This document shows positions 1 to 11,782 of a stretch of 64,000 nt of DNA, in pieces (the stretch's first letter is position 1; each line of letters begins with the position of its first letter). The stretch spans positions 33,976,001 through 34,040,000 of the forward strand of contig OX597834.1 of NCBI GenBank assembly GCA_951406725.2, in the 5' to 3' direction. The stretch is from Octopus vulgaris (lineage: Eukaryota). The notes under the pieces were generated by a model that saw only the letters and a list, made by a program, of their open reading frames with translations, did no database searches and was not told where the DNA came from. A program made the translations under genes and the position numbers.

Positions 1-169
1 GATTTTGCATGACACAGAATGTGACAAGGCTGGCCCTTTCAAATACAGCATTTGATTATAAGAGACTCCAGATCATAAGTGTCCAGAAAATTGGTGTTGT
101 GTGTGTGTGTGTGTGTGTGTGTTGTTCTTTAAAAAGATATCAGAAATGTATATATATGTATGTGTTGTG

Positions 170-368
170 AACAGGGTGATTTAAACAAAGCCTTTTTTTT
201 TTCTGTATAGAAACACTGACAATATCGTAAAGTCCACTGTTCTGTCCGAATTCCTGAATATTAACATGAAACCATAGCACTGCTCTCTGTGGTACCGTTG
301 TAGTAATGGAGAAGAGGGAACCAAATTCTAAGCTTGGTTGTCCTAATGTGTTGGAACAACCCAATGTA
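170..368 (-). mobile_element. Short decayed Tc1/mariner-like relic
   Basis: Left end CAGGGTG resembles a Tc1/mariner TIR start. Minus-strand peptide TTVPQRAVLWFH resembles a mariner transposase N-terminus. Right TIR is poor. Confidence 0.3.
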
Positions 369-1310
369 TTGTTATCATTTATTAATTAAAAATATACGAG
401 AATAGACAGACAGACACACAAAAATAGTGAGAAAAAGATAGGTAGATAGGTAGAAGGATAGATAAAGAGAGAAAAATAGGCAGAGAGAGAGAGAGAGAGA
501 AATATGCAAATAGATAAGAAAGAGATAGAGAGAAATTGAAAGAGGGGGAAGAGGGGGGAATGAGGTTTAAATGTGTCATTAGTTCTGATGATGATGTTGC
601 CAAATTTATCGCTGCTGCCACAAATAGAAGGCCTTCATCAAGTGAGGGGAGGTGGTTCGGAATAAAAATAATATCTTGAAACCCCAGACTCTAACCCTCC
701 TCACCCATTCCATAGCCTCACAACTGCTGCCCACCCAACCACCTTGTTTGTTGAAGATGATCCGGCAACGAGGGTGACTGGAAAGCGAGAAACCTGGATC
801 CTTGTGTCACGTATCGTCACCTTTCACACACACACACTCACACATGCACGCACACACACACACACACATGCACGCACACACACGCTCACACACACATGCA
901 CACACTCCAACAGACAAGTGACACCAGCAAGGTAGGGGATGAGAGAAGATATGAAGAATTAAAGGTGGGTTTTTTTTTTTCCTTTTTCTTTCAGATGAAA
1001 ACTAAACCAGGGGGACTCTCCTCACATAGGTGGAGAGTCTCAAACTTCTCACCCTGTCACCAACATGTGGTACAGTGCATTCATATTGATTGATTCACAT
1101 GCAATAAGTACAATTCAAGGATTTAAACATTTTTCAGTTTTGTCTCGTTCTTTACAAAACATCAATATCTCCACCAACACAACCACCACATCCATCTGTA
1201 CAAATACATTCATACATGTGCGCACACACACACACATACACTCACACATGCATACGCACAAGTGTGTGTGTGTGTGTGTTGTTAATGCTAGTTTTTATGT
1301 TCAGTTATAA

Positions 1311-2036
1311 TCCTTTCAGCTATAGGCAAAAGGCCTAAAATTTGGGGAGAGTGGTTAAGTCGATTACATCGACCCCAGAGTTTCACAGGTACTTAATGTA
1401 TTGAACCTGGAAAGATAAAAGGCAAAGTTGTCCTCGGCAGAATTTGAACTTAGAACAACATAAAGAGAGATGAAATATCACTAAGCATTTTGCCCAGCGT
1501 GCTAACAATTCTGCCAGCTTACCACCTTAACAATAATAATAATAATTCTTTCTACTAAAGGCACAAGGCCTGAAATTTGTGGGGAGGGGTTAAATCGATT
1601 ATATTGCCCCCAGTGTTTCACTGGTATTTAATTTATCGACCCCGAAAGAATGTAAAGAAATAGGTATTTCGTCCATCTTTACATTCTCAGTTCAAATTCT
1701 GCCAAAGTCAACTTTGCCTTTCATCCTTTCAGGGGTCGATAAATTAAGTACCAGTTGCATACTGGAGTCGACTGCCCCCACTCCCAAAATTTTAGGCCTT
1801 GTACCTATAGTAGAAAGTATTATTATTATTATTATCATTAAGGCGGCGAGTTGGCAGAGTTGTTAGCATGCCAGGCAAAATGTCTCCATGTTCTGAGTTC
1901 ACATTCTACTGAGGTCGACTTTACCTTTCATCCTTTCGGGGTCAAGAAATTAAGTACCAGTGAAACACTGAGGTTGATGTAATCGATTAGTCCACTCCCC
2001 CAAAATTTCAGGCCTTGTGCCTTCAGTAGAAAGGAT
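1311..2036. mobile_element. Cluster of four family A SINE copies (tRNA-like head, Meta-like core, (ATT)n tail): minus 1311-1528, minus 1546-1650, plus 1662-1820, plus 1842-2036
   Basis: Recurrent core GTCGACTTTGCCTTTCATCCTTTCGGGGTCGATAAATTAAGTACCAG, B-box-like GAGTTCAAATTC and tail GGCCTTGTGCC..AGTAGAAAGG(ATT)n; more than 25 copies or fragments in the window. Core resembles the MetaSINE central domain (from recall). Confidence 0.85.
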
Positions 2037-2077
2037 TATTATTATCATTATTATTATTATTATTATTATTACTATGC

Positions 2078-2537
2078 TGCAATTGTGGCTGTGTGTTAAA
2101 AAGTTTACTTCCCAACCATATGGTTCTGGGTTCAGTCCCACTGCGTGTCACCTTAAGCAAGTATCTTCTACTATAGCCCCAAAATGACAATGCCTTGTGA
2201 GTGGATTTAATAGACAAAAACCGAAAGAAGCCTGTTGTGTGTGTATGTGTGTGTATGTATAAATGTGTGTAAATGCACGCGTACATACATATAAATGGGT
2301 ATGTGTTTTTATGTTTGTGTTTGCCTGGCACTAACACATGACAACTAGTGTCGGTTTGTTTATGTCTCTGTAACTCTGCAGTTCAGCAAAAAAAGACTGA
2401 TAGAATAAGTACCAGACTTATGAAAAAAAAACAAAACAAAATAAAGCACTGGGGGCAATTTGTTCAAATAAACCCTTCATGGCAGTGCCCCAGCATGGCC
2501 GCACTCCAATGACTGAAACCAGTAAAAGATAAAAGAT
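2078..2537 (+). mobile_element. Family B SINE (tRNA head, CORE-like domain, internal TG/TA microsatellite; resembles octopus OR2)
   Basis: TGGCTGTGTG..GGTTCAGTCCCACTGCGTG.CACCTT..GCAAGT (CORE-like), internal microsatellite, 3' part CAGCATGGCC..ACTGAAAC..GTAAAAG; many copies in the window. Confidence 0.8.
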
Positions 2538-2865
2538 GCTTTAATTTTGTTGCTTTTGGTTCTTTTTTTTATTACCATTTTTCTTTTTGATTTCTTGCTT
2601 TGTTTTTAAGAGATGTCACATCAAAAGCTAGAAAGTACAGTTATGGCTTTCAATATCTCAAACTGCTGCACTCTAAATTATAAAGTGACATATCTACAGA
2701 GGAATGCTAAAATCCTTCAAACTACCATTCCGATAATGTTTTGGCATATTTGTTGGTTTGTTTTTATTGGACTTATTTTATTTGTCAGTTTGTTTGTTCT
2801 ATTTATTTCTGAAATATTTCTATTCATGACAGAATTCGCAATATTGGATTTACTATGAAACAATT

Positions 2866-3275
2866 GCGTGCATGTGTGTGTGTGTGTATGTGTGCATGTG
2901 TGGGTGTGCACGTGTGGGTGTGTATGTGTGGGTGCATGTGTGCGAGTATGTGTGCATGTGTGTATCTGTGTGCATGTGTGTGTGTGCATTGTGTGTATGT
3001 ATGTCTGTGTGATCATGTGTGTGCATGTCAGTGTGTATATGTGTCTGTGTGTGCATGTGTATGCATGTCTATGTATGCATGTCTATGTGTGCATGTGTGT
3101 GTGCATGTCTGTGTATGTATGTGTATGTATGTGTCTGTGTGCATGTGTGTGTGTGTGTGTAAGCATATGTGCATACATGTGTGAGTATGCATGTGCATTA
3201 TGTGTATTGAATATTTATATTCAATACACATATAGCTATGTGGCAGTTATATATATATATACATGTATTGCATGT

Positions 3276-3319
<44 letters not shown>

Positions 3320-3332
3320 AAGAAAAAGAGAG
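2866..3332. repeat. Compound (TG)n/(TGCA)n/(AG)n microsatellite
   Basis: Directly visible; source of the overlapping VC/HT ORFs. Confidence 0.95.
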
Positions 3333-3517
3333 AAGACACAACAGGGCCAAATGGTTAAGAAGTTTGCTCGACAACCATGAGGTGTTAAGTTCCATCCCAC
3401 TGTTTGGCATGGGCCAACATGCAACTTGTGAGTGAAACTAGGTCAATGGAAACTGTATAGAATCTTGTATCCGTAATTTAAAAGTTAGACTGTACCTGTA
3501 ATTTAAAATGTAAAGCC

Positions 3518-3552
<35 letters not shown>

Positions 3553-3957
3553 TGTGTTATGCTGATTCTGATTGAAAATTACATTATGGACACATGTGTT
3601 GGTGGAATATTCAGCCACTTAGATGCTAATTAAGGAGCAGGTAATTCAGTTCATCAAATAGCTAAATCCGTATTGTCAAAACTAACAAAGAACCATTTCT
3701 ATGTATTGAAACTGTGATGATACTTGCTAAACAGCTGATGATGGGTTGAACATGTTTGCATTCATTTGTGTTGCTGTTTGATTTTCTTGAATAATTCTTT
3801 GTCCCTCTGTGCTACCTATTTCATGATATATATATATATTTATATGTATATGTCCCACCCATACTAGCATAGAAGACGGATGTTAAACAATGATGGTGAT
3901 GATACACACACACACACAGATACATATATATATGTATGTATGCATGTACATATATAA

Positions 3958-4910
3958 AAAATGGGATGACAAACAGAGATAGGTATAGTAAATGTATTTA
4001 TATGAAAAATTACATAAGCAATTTACATGATGTAAGCAGGCCTTGTCTTTACAGCTGTTTCAAATGATCTGTGAATGGTTGATATAACAATGCCCATATT
4101 GTAGCTGAGCATCTCTGTGTCTCTCATCCTTCAATATATACTTGATTTTGAACATCAAAGCACAAGATAAAACGAATCCTTATACTACCACCATGATATG
4201 TTCCACTAATAACCTCCACCTTCCAAATACAAACAGGAAATATCCTGAATAATATCAACAACTTACTGATCACCAAAAATATACCACCTACTCACTAAAA
4301 GTTCTATTACAAAAAAAACAAAGACACACCCAATTGACAAAGGTTTTAAATGCTGGACTAAACTTTGAACTTTGACCTTTACATAGCCAAAGTGAACAAT
4401 TAAATCCAATAAAAACAGAAATAATTAAAACTAATGACACAGCCACTGACCAAAAAACCTTCCTCTACCTACTTCTTTCTTGTGAACCACTAAAAACAAC
4501 TACATAACCTGAAGCTGACATACCTAAATATACACGCCTGTTTTACAAAGTTTTACATGTTATTCTGAATGTGTTATTCTGAACAATAACATAACCCCAA
4601 ATTTAGTCAATAATAATTTATCCACCTCTCCATCATAACCCACCCTGAAACCTAACTATTATTCAACTGAGTCCCACAAACCCCAGAATTTTTTTAAAAT
4701 TTCAACAAAGACTATATAAAGCCAAGATTAACTTAGTGCATCACAGTCCACTGATGGCTTAGCTAATCGAAACTTCAAAGGCACAGCCAATACTATTCTT
4801 GTTAAAGAACGGTAAATTTGTAATCTGCAAAAGCATAGAATAACCCATCAGATTAATACAAAATTGTTTATATTATTACTGAACACAAAAACAAACATTA
4901 ACATAGATAT
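3958..4910. mobile_element. Decayed Penelope-like retroelement remnant(s)
   Basis: Plus-strand peptide LTKVLNAGLNFEL (about 4334-4372) resembles the L.kGLnF motif near the N-terminus of Penelope-type ORFs. Decayed hammerhead-like motifs at 4049-4134 (minus) and 4751-4780 (plus). Confidence 0.45.
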
Positions 4911-5134
4911 TATATCGAAGGTGATGTGTGCTGGTAGGAGTGTTAGCATGCCAGGCAGTGTTGGCAGCTTCTTGTCCATCGACACACTTTGAGTTCAAAA
5001 TTCTGCTGAGGCTGACTTTGCCTTTCATCCATTTGGGATCAATAAAAGTAAGTGTGAGTTAAACACTGAGGTTGGTGTAACTGACTTACGCCATCACCTG
5101 AAATTGCTGGCCTTGTGCTAAAATTTGAAAGTAA

Positions 5135-5262
5135 TATACATACATATATATGTATGCATGTATGTATGTATATGCACACAAAAATATTTACATGTACATA
5201 TATAAACACATTCACTCACATTGTATATACATGAATATATATACTCACAAATACACATGCAC

Positions 5263-5295
<33 letters not shown>

Positions 5296-5369
5296 TTATA
5301 TATATATATATATATATACATGCTTAAATACACAAATGCATAAATATATATGCATACAAAAACACATGC

Positions 5370-5400
<31 letters not shown>

Positions 5401-5435
5401 CACCCATGCATATATATATAATTACACAATTATAC
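5135..5435. repeat. Compound (TA)n/(CA)n microsatellite
   Basis: Directly visible. Confidence 0.95.
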
Positions 5436-5539
5436 ATTGAGGAACAGACAGTACATTATATAAAGCGAAGTTGTCATAGTAACATAGAACACCCTATGAT
5501 GAAGTGATTAAGAAATATCAGGTGTCAGCTTAACGAGGA

Positions 5540-5989
5540 ATGAGAAAGAGAGAGGAGAGAGAGAGAGAGAGAAAGAGGGAAGTAAATGTGATTAGCTGGT
5601 AGGGTAGAGTGGTGGGGGTGTGAGATGGGGCAGGGTGGAGCGCAAAGTGAAAATGGTGGAGATTAACCAGGAGGATATGAGGGGAGATTGAAGTCAAAAG
5701 ATGGGAAGATAGAGAGGGGAAACTTAAGAGAGAGGACTATAATAGAGGAGAGGGCAGATAGGAGGAAGAGGGAGAGAGAGAGAGGGAGAGCAGTTTGGGG
5801 TGTGTAAGTCAAAGCCAAATAACAAGTGAGGGGAGAATGAGTGCAGGAAGGAGAGCAAAAGAGAGGGAGAGCAAGAGAGAGATGCTGTAGGAAGAGGAGG
5901 AGGAGGGAAATAGAGGAATAGGAAGAGATAGTGGGAAGGAAGGATGCGAGAGAATGGGAAGACGGGGAGCGGGGAAGAGGGGATTTTTT

Positions 5990-6046
<57 letters not shown>

Positions 6047-6208
6047 GAGAGAGAGAGAAAGGGAGAGAGAGAGAAATAAAAATACAGATTCAGAAAACTT
6101 GAATAAAGGTCAGAAATGGAGAAGTTATAATGAAATAATAATAATAATAATAATAACAATAATAATAAATAATTACGATGAGAGACAATGATGATGATGA
6201 TGATGATG
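5540..6208. repeat. Purine-rich tract with (AG)n, (AAT)n and (GAT)n
   Basis: Directly visible; pure (GA)n at about 5994-6042. Confidence 0.9.
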
Positions 6209-7013
6209 GCAAAAATGACAATATATACTGTAAGACAAACACACCTGGTCTTTTGCCCCGTTGGATAGCAATTCGGCTATTATCCATGTTTCCTGATCCC
6301 GCAACCATGATGAATTAAGGGTCAGGGACAAAGTCCCTATTTAGTGTCCTTTACGTTCTCAATGTAGGTCCCGATGTTGATAAAGAGGTAATGTTTAAAA
6401 CCTAGTGGTTGTTATAATTGTTGTGGTGGTGTAGGTGGTGGCGGAGATGGTGATGATATGAAGATGGTGGTGGTGGTGGTGGTAGCAATGGCGATTACGG
6501 TTGGTTTGAAAGAAGAAGAAAAGGGAAAAGAAAACGCCAACTTTTTGGGTGGGCGACCACTTATCCAGTTTCAATAGAGAGCATACTGGACGATTTGAAG
6601 TTCACAAAAGAAGACATGTCCAAGTTATAGAAATTATGATTTGGGTATCAAAACAGAAGAGAAAGTAAGGAAAAAAAAAAGTAAATAGATAAATATGATA
6701 AAACAAAGGTAAAAATGCAAAGAAAAAAACAAAAAAAGTTTCATGTCTATTTTGCTTACTTTACTCTCCCCCACCCCTCCACGCCCCATCGCCCAAACCC
6801 CTCTGCCTCCACAGCATCATCGGATAAATGCAAAGATAATCTGAATTGATTGTAATACGTGTGTGTGTATATAGATATATACACATATGCATGCAGACAC
6901 ACAGATGTACATATATATGCAAACTGACAGACACAATACATACATACTCAGTTATATATGTTGTGTGTGTGTGTATAATTCAAGTAGTTGGCAATGTACT
7001 AAGTGATGCACAT

Positions 7014-7016
<3 letters not shown>

Positions 7017-7056
<40 letters not shown>

Positions 7057-7127
7057 GTGTGTGTGTGTGTGTGTATACATGTGTATGTATGTGTGTATAT
7101 ATATATATATATAGATACATATATATG

Positions 7128-7165
<38 letters not shown>

Positions 7166-7171
7166 TATGTA

Positions 7172-7215
<44 letters not shown>

Positions 7216-7221
7216 TACATA

Positions 7222-7280
<59 letters not shown>

Positions 7281-7366
7281 GTACATATATGTATATTTAT
7301 ATATTAATGTATATATGTGTGTGTGTGTGTGTGTGTGTGCATACACACATATACATATACACACAC
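7017..7366. repeat. Long (TA)n/(TG)n/(CA)n microsatellite
   Basis: Directly visible. Confidence 0.95.
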
Positions 7367-7657
7367 ACGGCACGTAAAAAGCACCATCGGTCCGTGGCCG
7401 TTTGCCAGCTCCGTCTGGCACCTGTGCGGGTGGCACGTAAAAAGCACCCTGGTGGTGCTATTAATAATGGCCGAAACCTATCAAAGTACACTCACGGAGT
7501 GGTTGGCATTACGAAGGGCATCCAGCCGTAGAAACACTGCCAGATCAGACTGGGCTTGATGCAGCCTTCTGGCTTCACAGACCCCAGTTGAACCGTCCAA
7601 TCCATGCCAGCATGGAAAGCGGACGCTAAATGATGATGATGATGATGATGATGATGA
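7367..7657 (+). mobile_element. Family D SINE-like element (modular 5' monomers, AGGAAGGGCATCCAGC domain, (GAT)n tail)
   Basis: GGCACGTAAAAAGCACC monomers, then GGTTGGC.TTA.GAAGGGCATCCAGC..CCATGCCAGCATGGAAAGCGGACG.TAAA(TGA)n; more than 10 copies in the window. Confidence 0.85.
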
Positions 7658-8411
7658 TATATATATATATACATGTGTGTGTGAGAGTGTGTGTATATAC
7701 ACACACAGACACACCCACTCATATATCTAAGCAAATAAACACCTGTATACAGTGAAGCCAGGTAAAAGCTACTTTGGTGAGTGGACATATAGAGAAAAAA
7801 AAATGAACAAAGAGGAATAACTCCTACAGCACAATGTTTGATAATTCAGGTAGGTACTGAATGACAGGTGTATACAATTCTAGAAGAACTAAAATGAAAT
7901 TCCTCTCATTCACAGTCGGAGAAAGATAATGGAAAACCTTGAGCCAGTTGTTTAGAAACTCACAAGAAAAGGGAAGATGAATAATCTTGAGAGATTAAGA
8001 ATCAATCGTAGAGAAAATTAAACTTTGTTGTTTAGATATAAAAATTAGGATATCACTAACGAGGTCAAATAAGCCTGAAACATGCCTGTGGTTTGCATGT
8101 TGCTTGTGATCACAAATATTAGATTTTTACCCCTCAACATGTAAATTGAATTTGAGGAGAGGGAACTGATTGATGCAGTTGATAAAGTACCAGTTATACA
8201 CTGGGGGCAATAGCATCAATTAATTCCCCACTCATTTGCAAAAATAGCTGGCGTTGAGCCTAAATTAAAAACAATTCCTATCATTGTTATTTAGAACCAT
8301 TAGTACATCAGACAAAATGCTTAGCAGCATTATCTACATTCTGAGATCAAATTCCTCTGAGGTTGACTTTGCCTTTCATCCTTTCGAGGTTGATAAAAGA
8401 AGAACCAGTTG

Positions 8412-8639
8412 AACATGTATTTCTCAAGATTTTTACTCACTGTTCCCAGGGCTCTGACAATTATTGGTACTACTGCTACCTTTTCCATCGACCACAGCTG
8501 TTTAACCTCCCAAGCTAACCTGTCATATCTCTCGACTTTCTTTTTCCTTATCGTATATCTTGTTGTCAGCTGGGCATGCTATATCTGTGATCCAGCATCG
8601 TTTGCATTCTTTCTCAATTAATACTATGTCTGGCTTCCA
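8412..8639 (-). pseudogene. R4/Dong-like non-LTR retrotransposon fragment (restriction-like endonuclease domain)
   Basis: Translates WKPDIVLIEKECKRCWITDIACPAD, one frameshift, then KVERYDRLAWEVKQLWSMEKVAVVPIIVRALGTVSKNLEKY. This contains the PD..D and K..Y..L..E...LW...VPI..GALG motifs of RLE LINEs. Abuts an (ATT)n tract. Confidence 0.8.
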
Positions 8640-8790
8640 TTATTATTGTTATTATTATTATTATTATTATCATCATTATTAAAGAAATAATAAGAAGAGT
8701 GTGACTGTTATCCAATGAACAATATTTCAACATCTCGTGTGCCTTCCACAACAGCTTCATCTCACTCTACTTCATTCTGGTAATATTTAA

Positions 8791-9009
8791 CCCTTTAGTA
8801 TTTAAACCGGCCATATCCGGCCAAAATATTTAATCTGTTTTATGTTCAAACTGACCAGATCCAGACTCTCACACCTACCCTACAATGTTATTCTACATTA
8901 AGTAATTACACCATCAGGATCTTGAAGATATGAGATAATGCATGATTAATTCAAATCAATGGGAATCAATAAGCATTAAGTTTGATAGAATAATCAGAAC
9001 ACTAAAGGG
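8791..9009 (+). mobile_element. piggyBac-like MITE
   Basis: TTAA at 8787-8790 and 9010-9013; TIRs CCCTTTAGT / ACTAAAGGG; a second, inverted diverged copy at about 19364-19555. Confidence 0.8.
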
Positions 9010-9500
9010 TTAAAGGATTGATGTTCCTCCTCCAGAAAGTAAAGAAATAATTACTATAATCATCATCTTTAAGTTCTTTGCATTCTCTTCACAAATTCCA
9101 CCAAGGTTGACTTTATCTTTCATCCTTTCAGGATCAATAGACTAAGCACCAGTTAAGCACAGGGGCTCTCAAAGTAGTTGACTTGCTCCTTCCCCTCAAA
9201 ATTGCCAGCAAGAATTATTACTGTCATTAAGCTGGCAGAGTTGAAAAGGTGTCAAAAATAAAACAAAAAAACAAGATGGCTGGACAAATACCAGGCTCTA
9301 TTTCCTTCACTTCTTTATTTCCAGAGTTCAAATTCTCTTGAGGTCAACTGTACCTTTGGGGGTTAATAAAATAAAGGACCATTCAAGCTAGGTGGTCAAT
9401 GGTATTGATTGAACCGCTTCTCCTAAAATTGTTGACCTTGTGTCTAAACTTGAAACAATCATCATCATCATCACCACCATCATCATCATTGTTTTATTAC

Positions 9501-9531
<31 letters not shown>

Positions 9532-10404
9532 GGTTAATTTATCAAAACTAGACATATTATCAATAACTTTGATAATGACCAATAGCTTATGGCTAGAAGA
9601 ATAATCAAATTAGACGAAATATATTTGTCTGGTGCCAATCTCAACTTTGAACCATCTTTGGCTAATGAACTTCTTTTGGCATATCAATAATATTAATGCT
9701 GATGATAACAACAACAACAACAACAATGATAATGATAATTAATAAATTAGAAATATAAAAATTACATATTCTTGGCAGAGACATTTCATAATTTCTGAAA
9801 TTCATTCTTGTTAAGAAAACTAATTACACAATTTTACAAGTTCCTCGTTATATTGCAAACGACACCATTCTATTGTTGAAGCCAGTAGGTGGCTTGAGAG
9901 ATTCTTTAGAAATGGCACTGAATAAAAAGGACAACCAATATTGGTGTCAGACAAGAAGTGGGGCGGCGGCGCCTCACAAGATATCTCTCAGTAGACAACA
10001 AAGGATATGTCTTCATTGTTCTGGTTATGGAGTTGTCATCACACACATGGACACACACATATACACATCTAGACACATGGACACAGACACACAGACACAC
10101 ACAAACAGGGCGACATGCAGACATAGAGACACTTATGGGGAGACACACACATGGGGAAACACACATATGGACATACACATGCACATGCATGCACATTCAC
10201 ACACATGGACATACACAGACATGGAGACACACACACAGAGAGGGCCACATGCAGACATGGAGACACTCATGGGGAGACGCATATATGGGGAAACACACAT
10301 ACAGATAACCGAAGAGATGGTGTTGTGGATTTTCACTTCGGCATCCGAAACTCAGAGTTTTATCTTGGCTATTGAATAATGATAACATATTAATTTACGG
10401 ATAT

Positions 10405-10787
10405 ATCATCATCATCATCATCATTTAGCGTCCGCTTTCCATGCTAGCATGGGTTGGACGGTTCAACTGGGGTCTGTGAAGCCAGAAGGCTGCATCGGCC
10501 CAGTCTGATCTGGCAGTGTTTCCACGGCTGGATGCCCTTCCTAACGCCAACCACTCCGTGAGTGTAGTGGGTGCTTTTTAGGTGCCACCCGCACAGGTGC
10601 CAGACGGAGCTGGCAAACGGCCACGGATGGATGGTGCTTTTTACGTGCCACCGGCACGGGGGCCAGGCGAGGCTGGCAACGGCCATGATCGGATGGTGCT
10701 TTTTACGTGCCACCGGCACGGAGGCCAGTCGGGGCGGCGCTGGCAACGGCCACAATTGGATGGTTCGCTTACTTGTCACCGGCACTG
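10405..10787 (-). mobile_element. Family D SINE-like element with three full 5' monomers
   Basis: Reverse complement of the 7367-7657 copy at high identity; CpGs largely retained. Confidence 0.9.
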
Positions 10788-10794
10788 ATATATA

Positions 10795-10982
10795 TACACA
10801 CACACACACACACATACATATATATGATGGGCTTCTTTCAGTTTCCGTCTACCAAATTCACTCGCAAGGCTATGGTTGGCCTGAGGCTATAGTAGAAGAC
10901 ACTTGCCCAAGGTGCCACGCAGTGAGACTGAACCCGGAACCATGTGGTTCGTAAGCAAGCTACTTACCACACAGCCACTTCT
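10795..10982 (-). mobile_element. Family B SINE, 5' half
   Basis: Plus strand CTATAGTAGAAGACACTTGCCCAAGGTGCCACGCAGTG...CTTACCACACAGCCAC is the reverse complement of the family B head and core. Confidence 0.85.
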
Positions 10983-11314
10983 GAATAAAAACAAACAAAC
11001 AACAGAAGTTTAAAAAACAATTGTAGAATGTTGTCTGTGAGTCAAAATAGATTGGAATATGGTGAAATTAATTTGGAAAATTCTTCAGTGGTTTTATGTT
11101 TTTGTATGTGTGTTGTTATAGGCTCTGAAGGGGAGGGGCATGGTCGGGTTCAGAAGGAGATAATGGAGTGAGATTCTATTGTGTGGAAGAAGGAAGTAGT
11201 GGTGGTTGAGCCAGAACAAGAAATGGAGGGGCAAGTAAACAAAAGCATGGGGTGGGTGGGGTGTAGTTTGGGGGAAATTATCTGAGCTTGGGGGAGGGAA
11301 GATGCCAAAGCATC

Positions 11315-11322
11315 AAGTAGTG

Positions 11323-11375
<53 letters not shown>

Positions 11376-11782
11376 TGCAGCAGCAGCAGTAATATTGGGG
11401 TTGGTGATAGTGGTAGTGGTGGTAGTGGTTGTGATGGTTGTGGTGATGGTGGTGATCACAGTGGTGGTATTGGTGGTAGTGATGGTAGTAGTGGTGGTGG
11501 TAGTGGTGGTGGTAGCGATGGTGATGGTAGTGGTGGTTGTGATGATAGTAGTAGTCATGGTGGTGATGGTAGTAGTTGTGGTGGTAGTAGTAGTTGTGGT
11601 GGTGGTATTGGTGGTGGCAGTGATGGTAGTAGCAGTAGTGGTGGCAGCAGCGATGATGGTGGTGCTAGTCATGATAGTAGTAGTCATGGTGGTGGGACCA
11701 GTTGTGTTGGTGTTAGTAGTCATGGTGGTAGTAGTAGTAGTGGTGGTGGTCATCGTCGTCGTCGTCATCGTCATCATGGTAG
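11315..11782. repeat. Degenerate (GTA/GTG/GAT/GCA)n trinucleotide tract
   Basis: Directly visible; source of the poly-V and poly-T ORFs. Confidence 0.95.

Noticed and set aside
2717-3435. Stacked ORFs of VC/HT/YI dipeptide repeats (also at about 5.1, 7.0, 13.8, 17.7, 21.5, 28.4, 37.7, 49.5-50.5 and 54-55 kb)
   Set aside because: Translations of dinucleotide and tetranucleotide microsatellites; open in many frames only because the repeats lack stops.
10560-10787. CRISPR-like repeat-spacer appearance (also 41001-41192 and 57965-58330)
   Set aside because: Eukaryotic context, no cas genes, variable parts only 6-11 nt and recurring between copies, and the arrays are attached to a SINE body.
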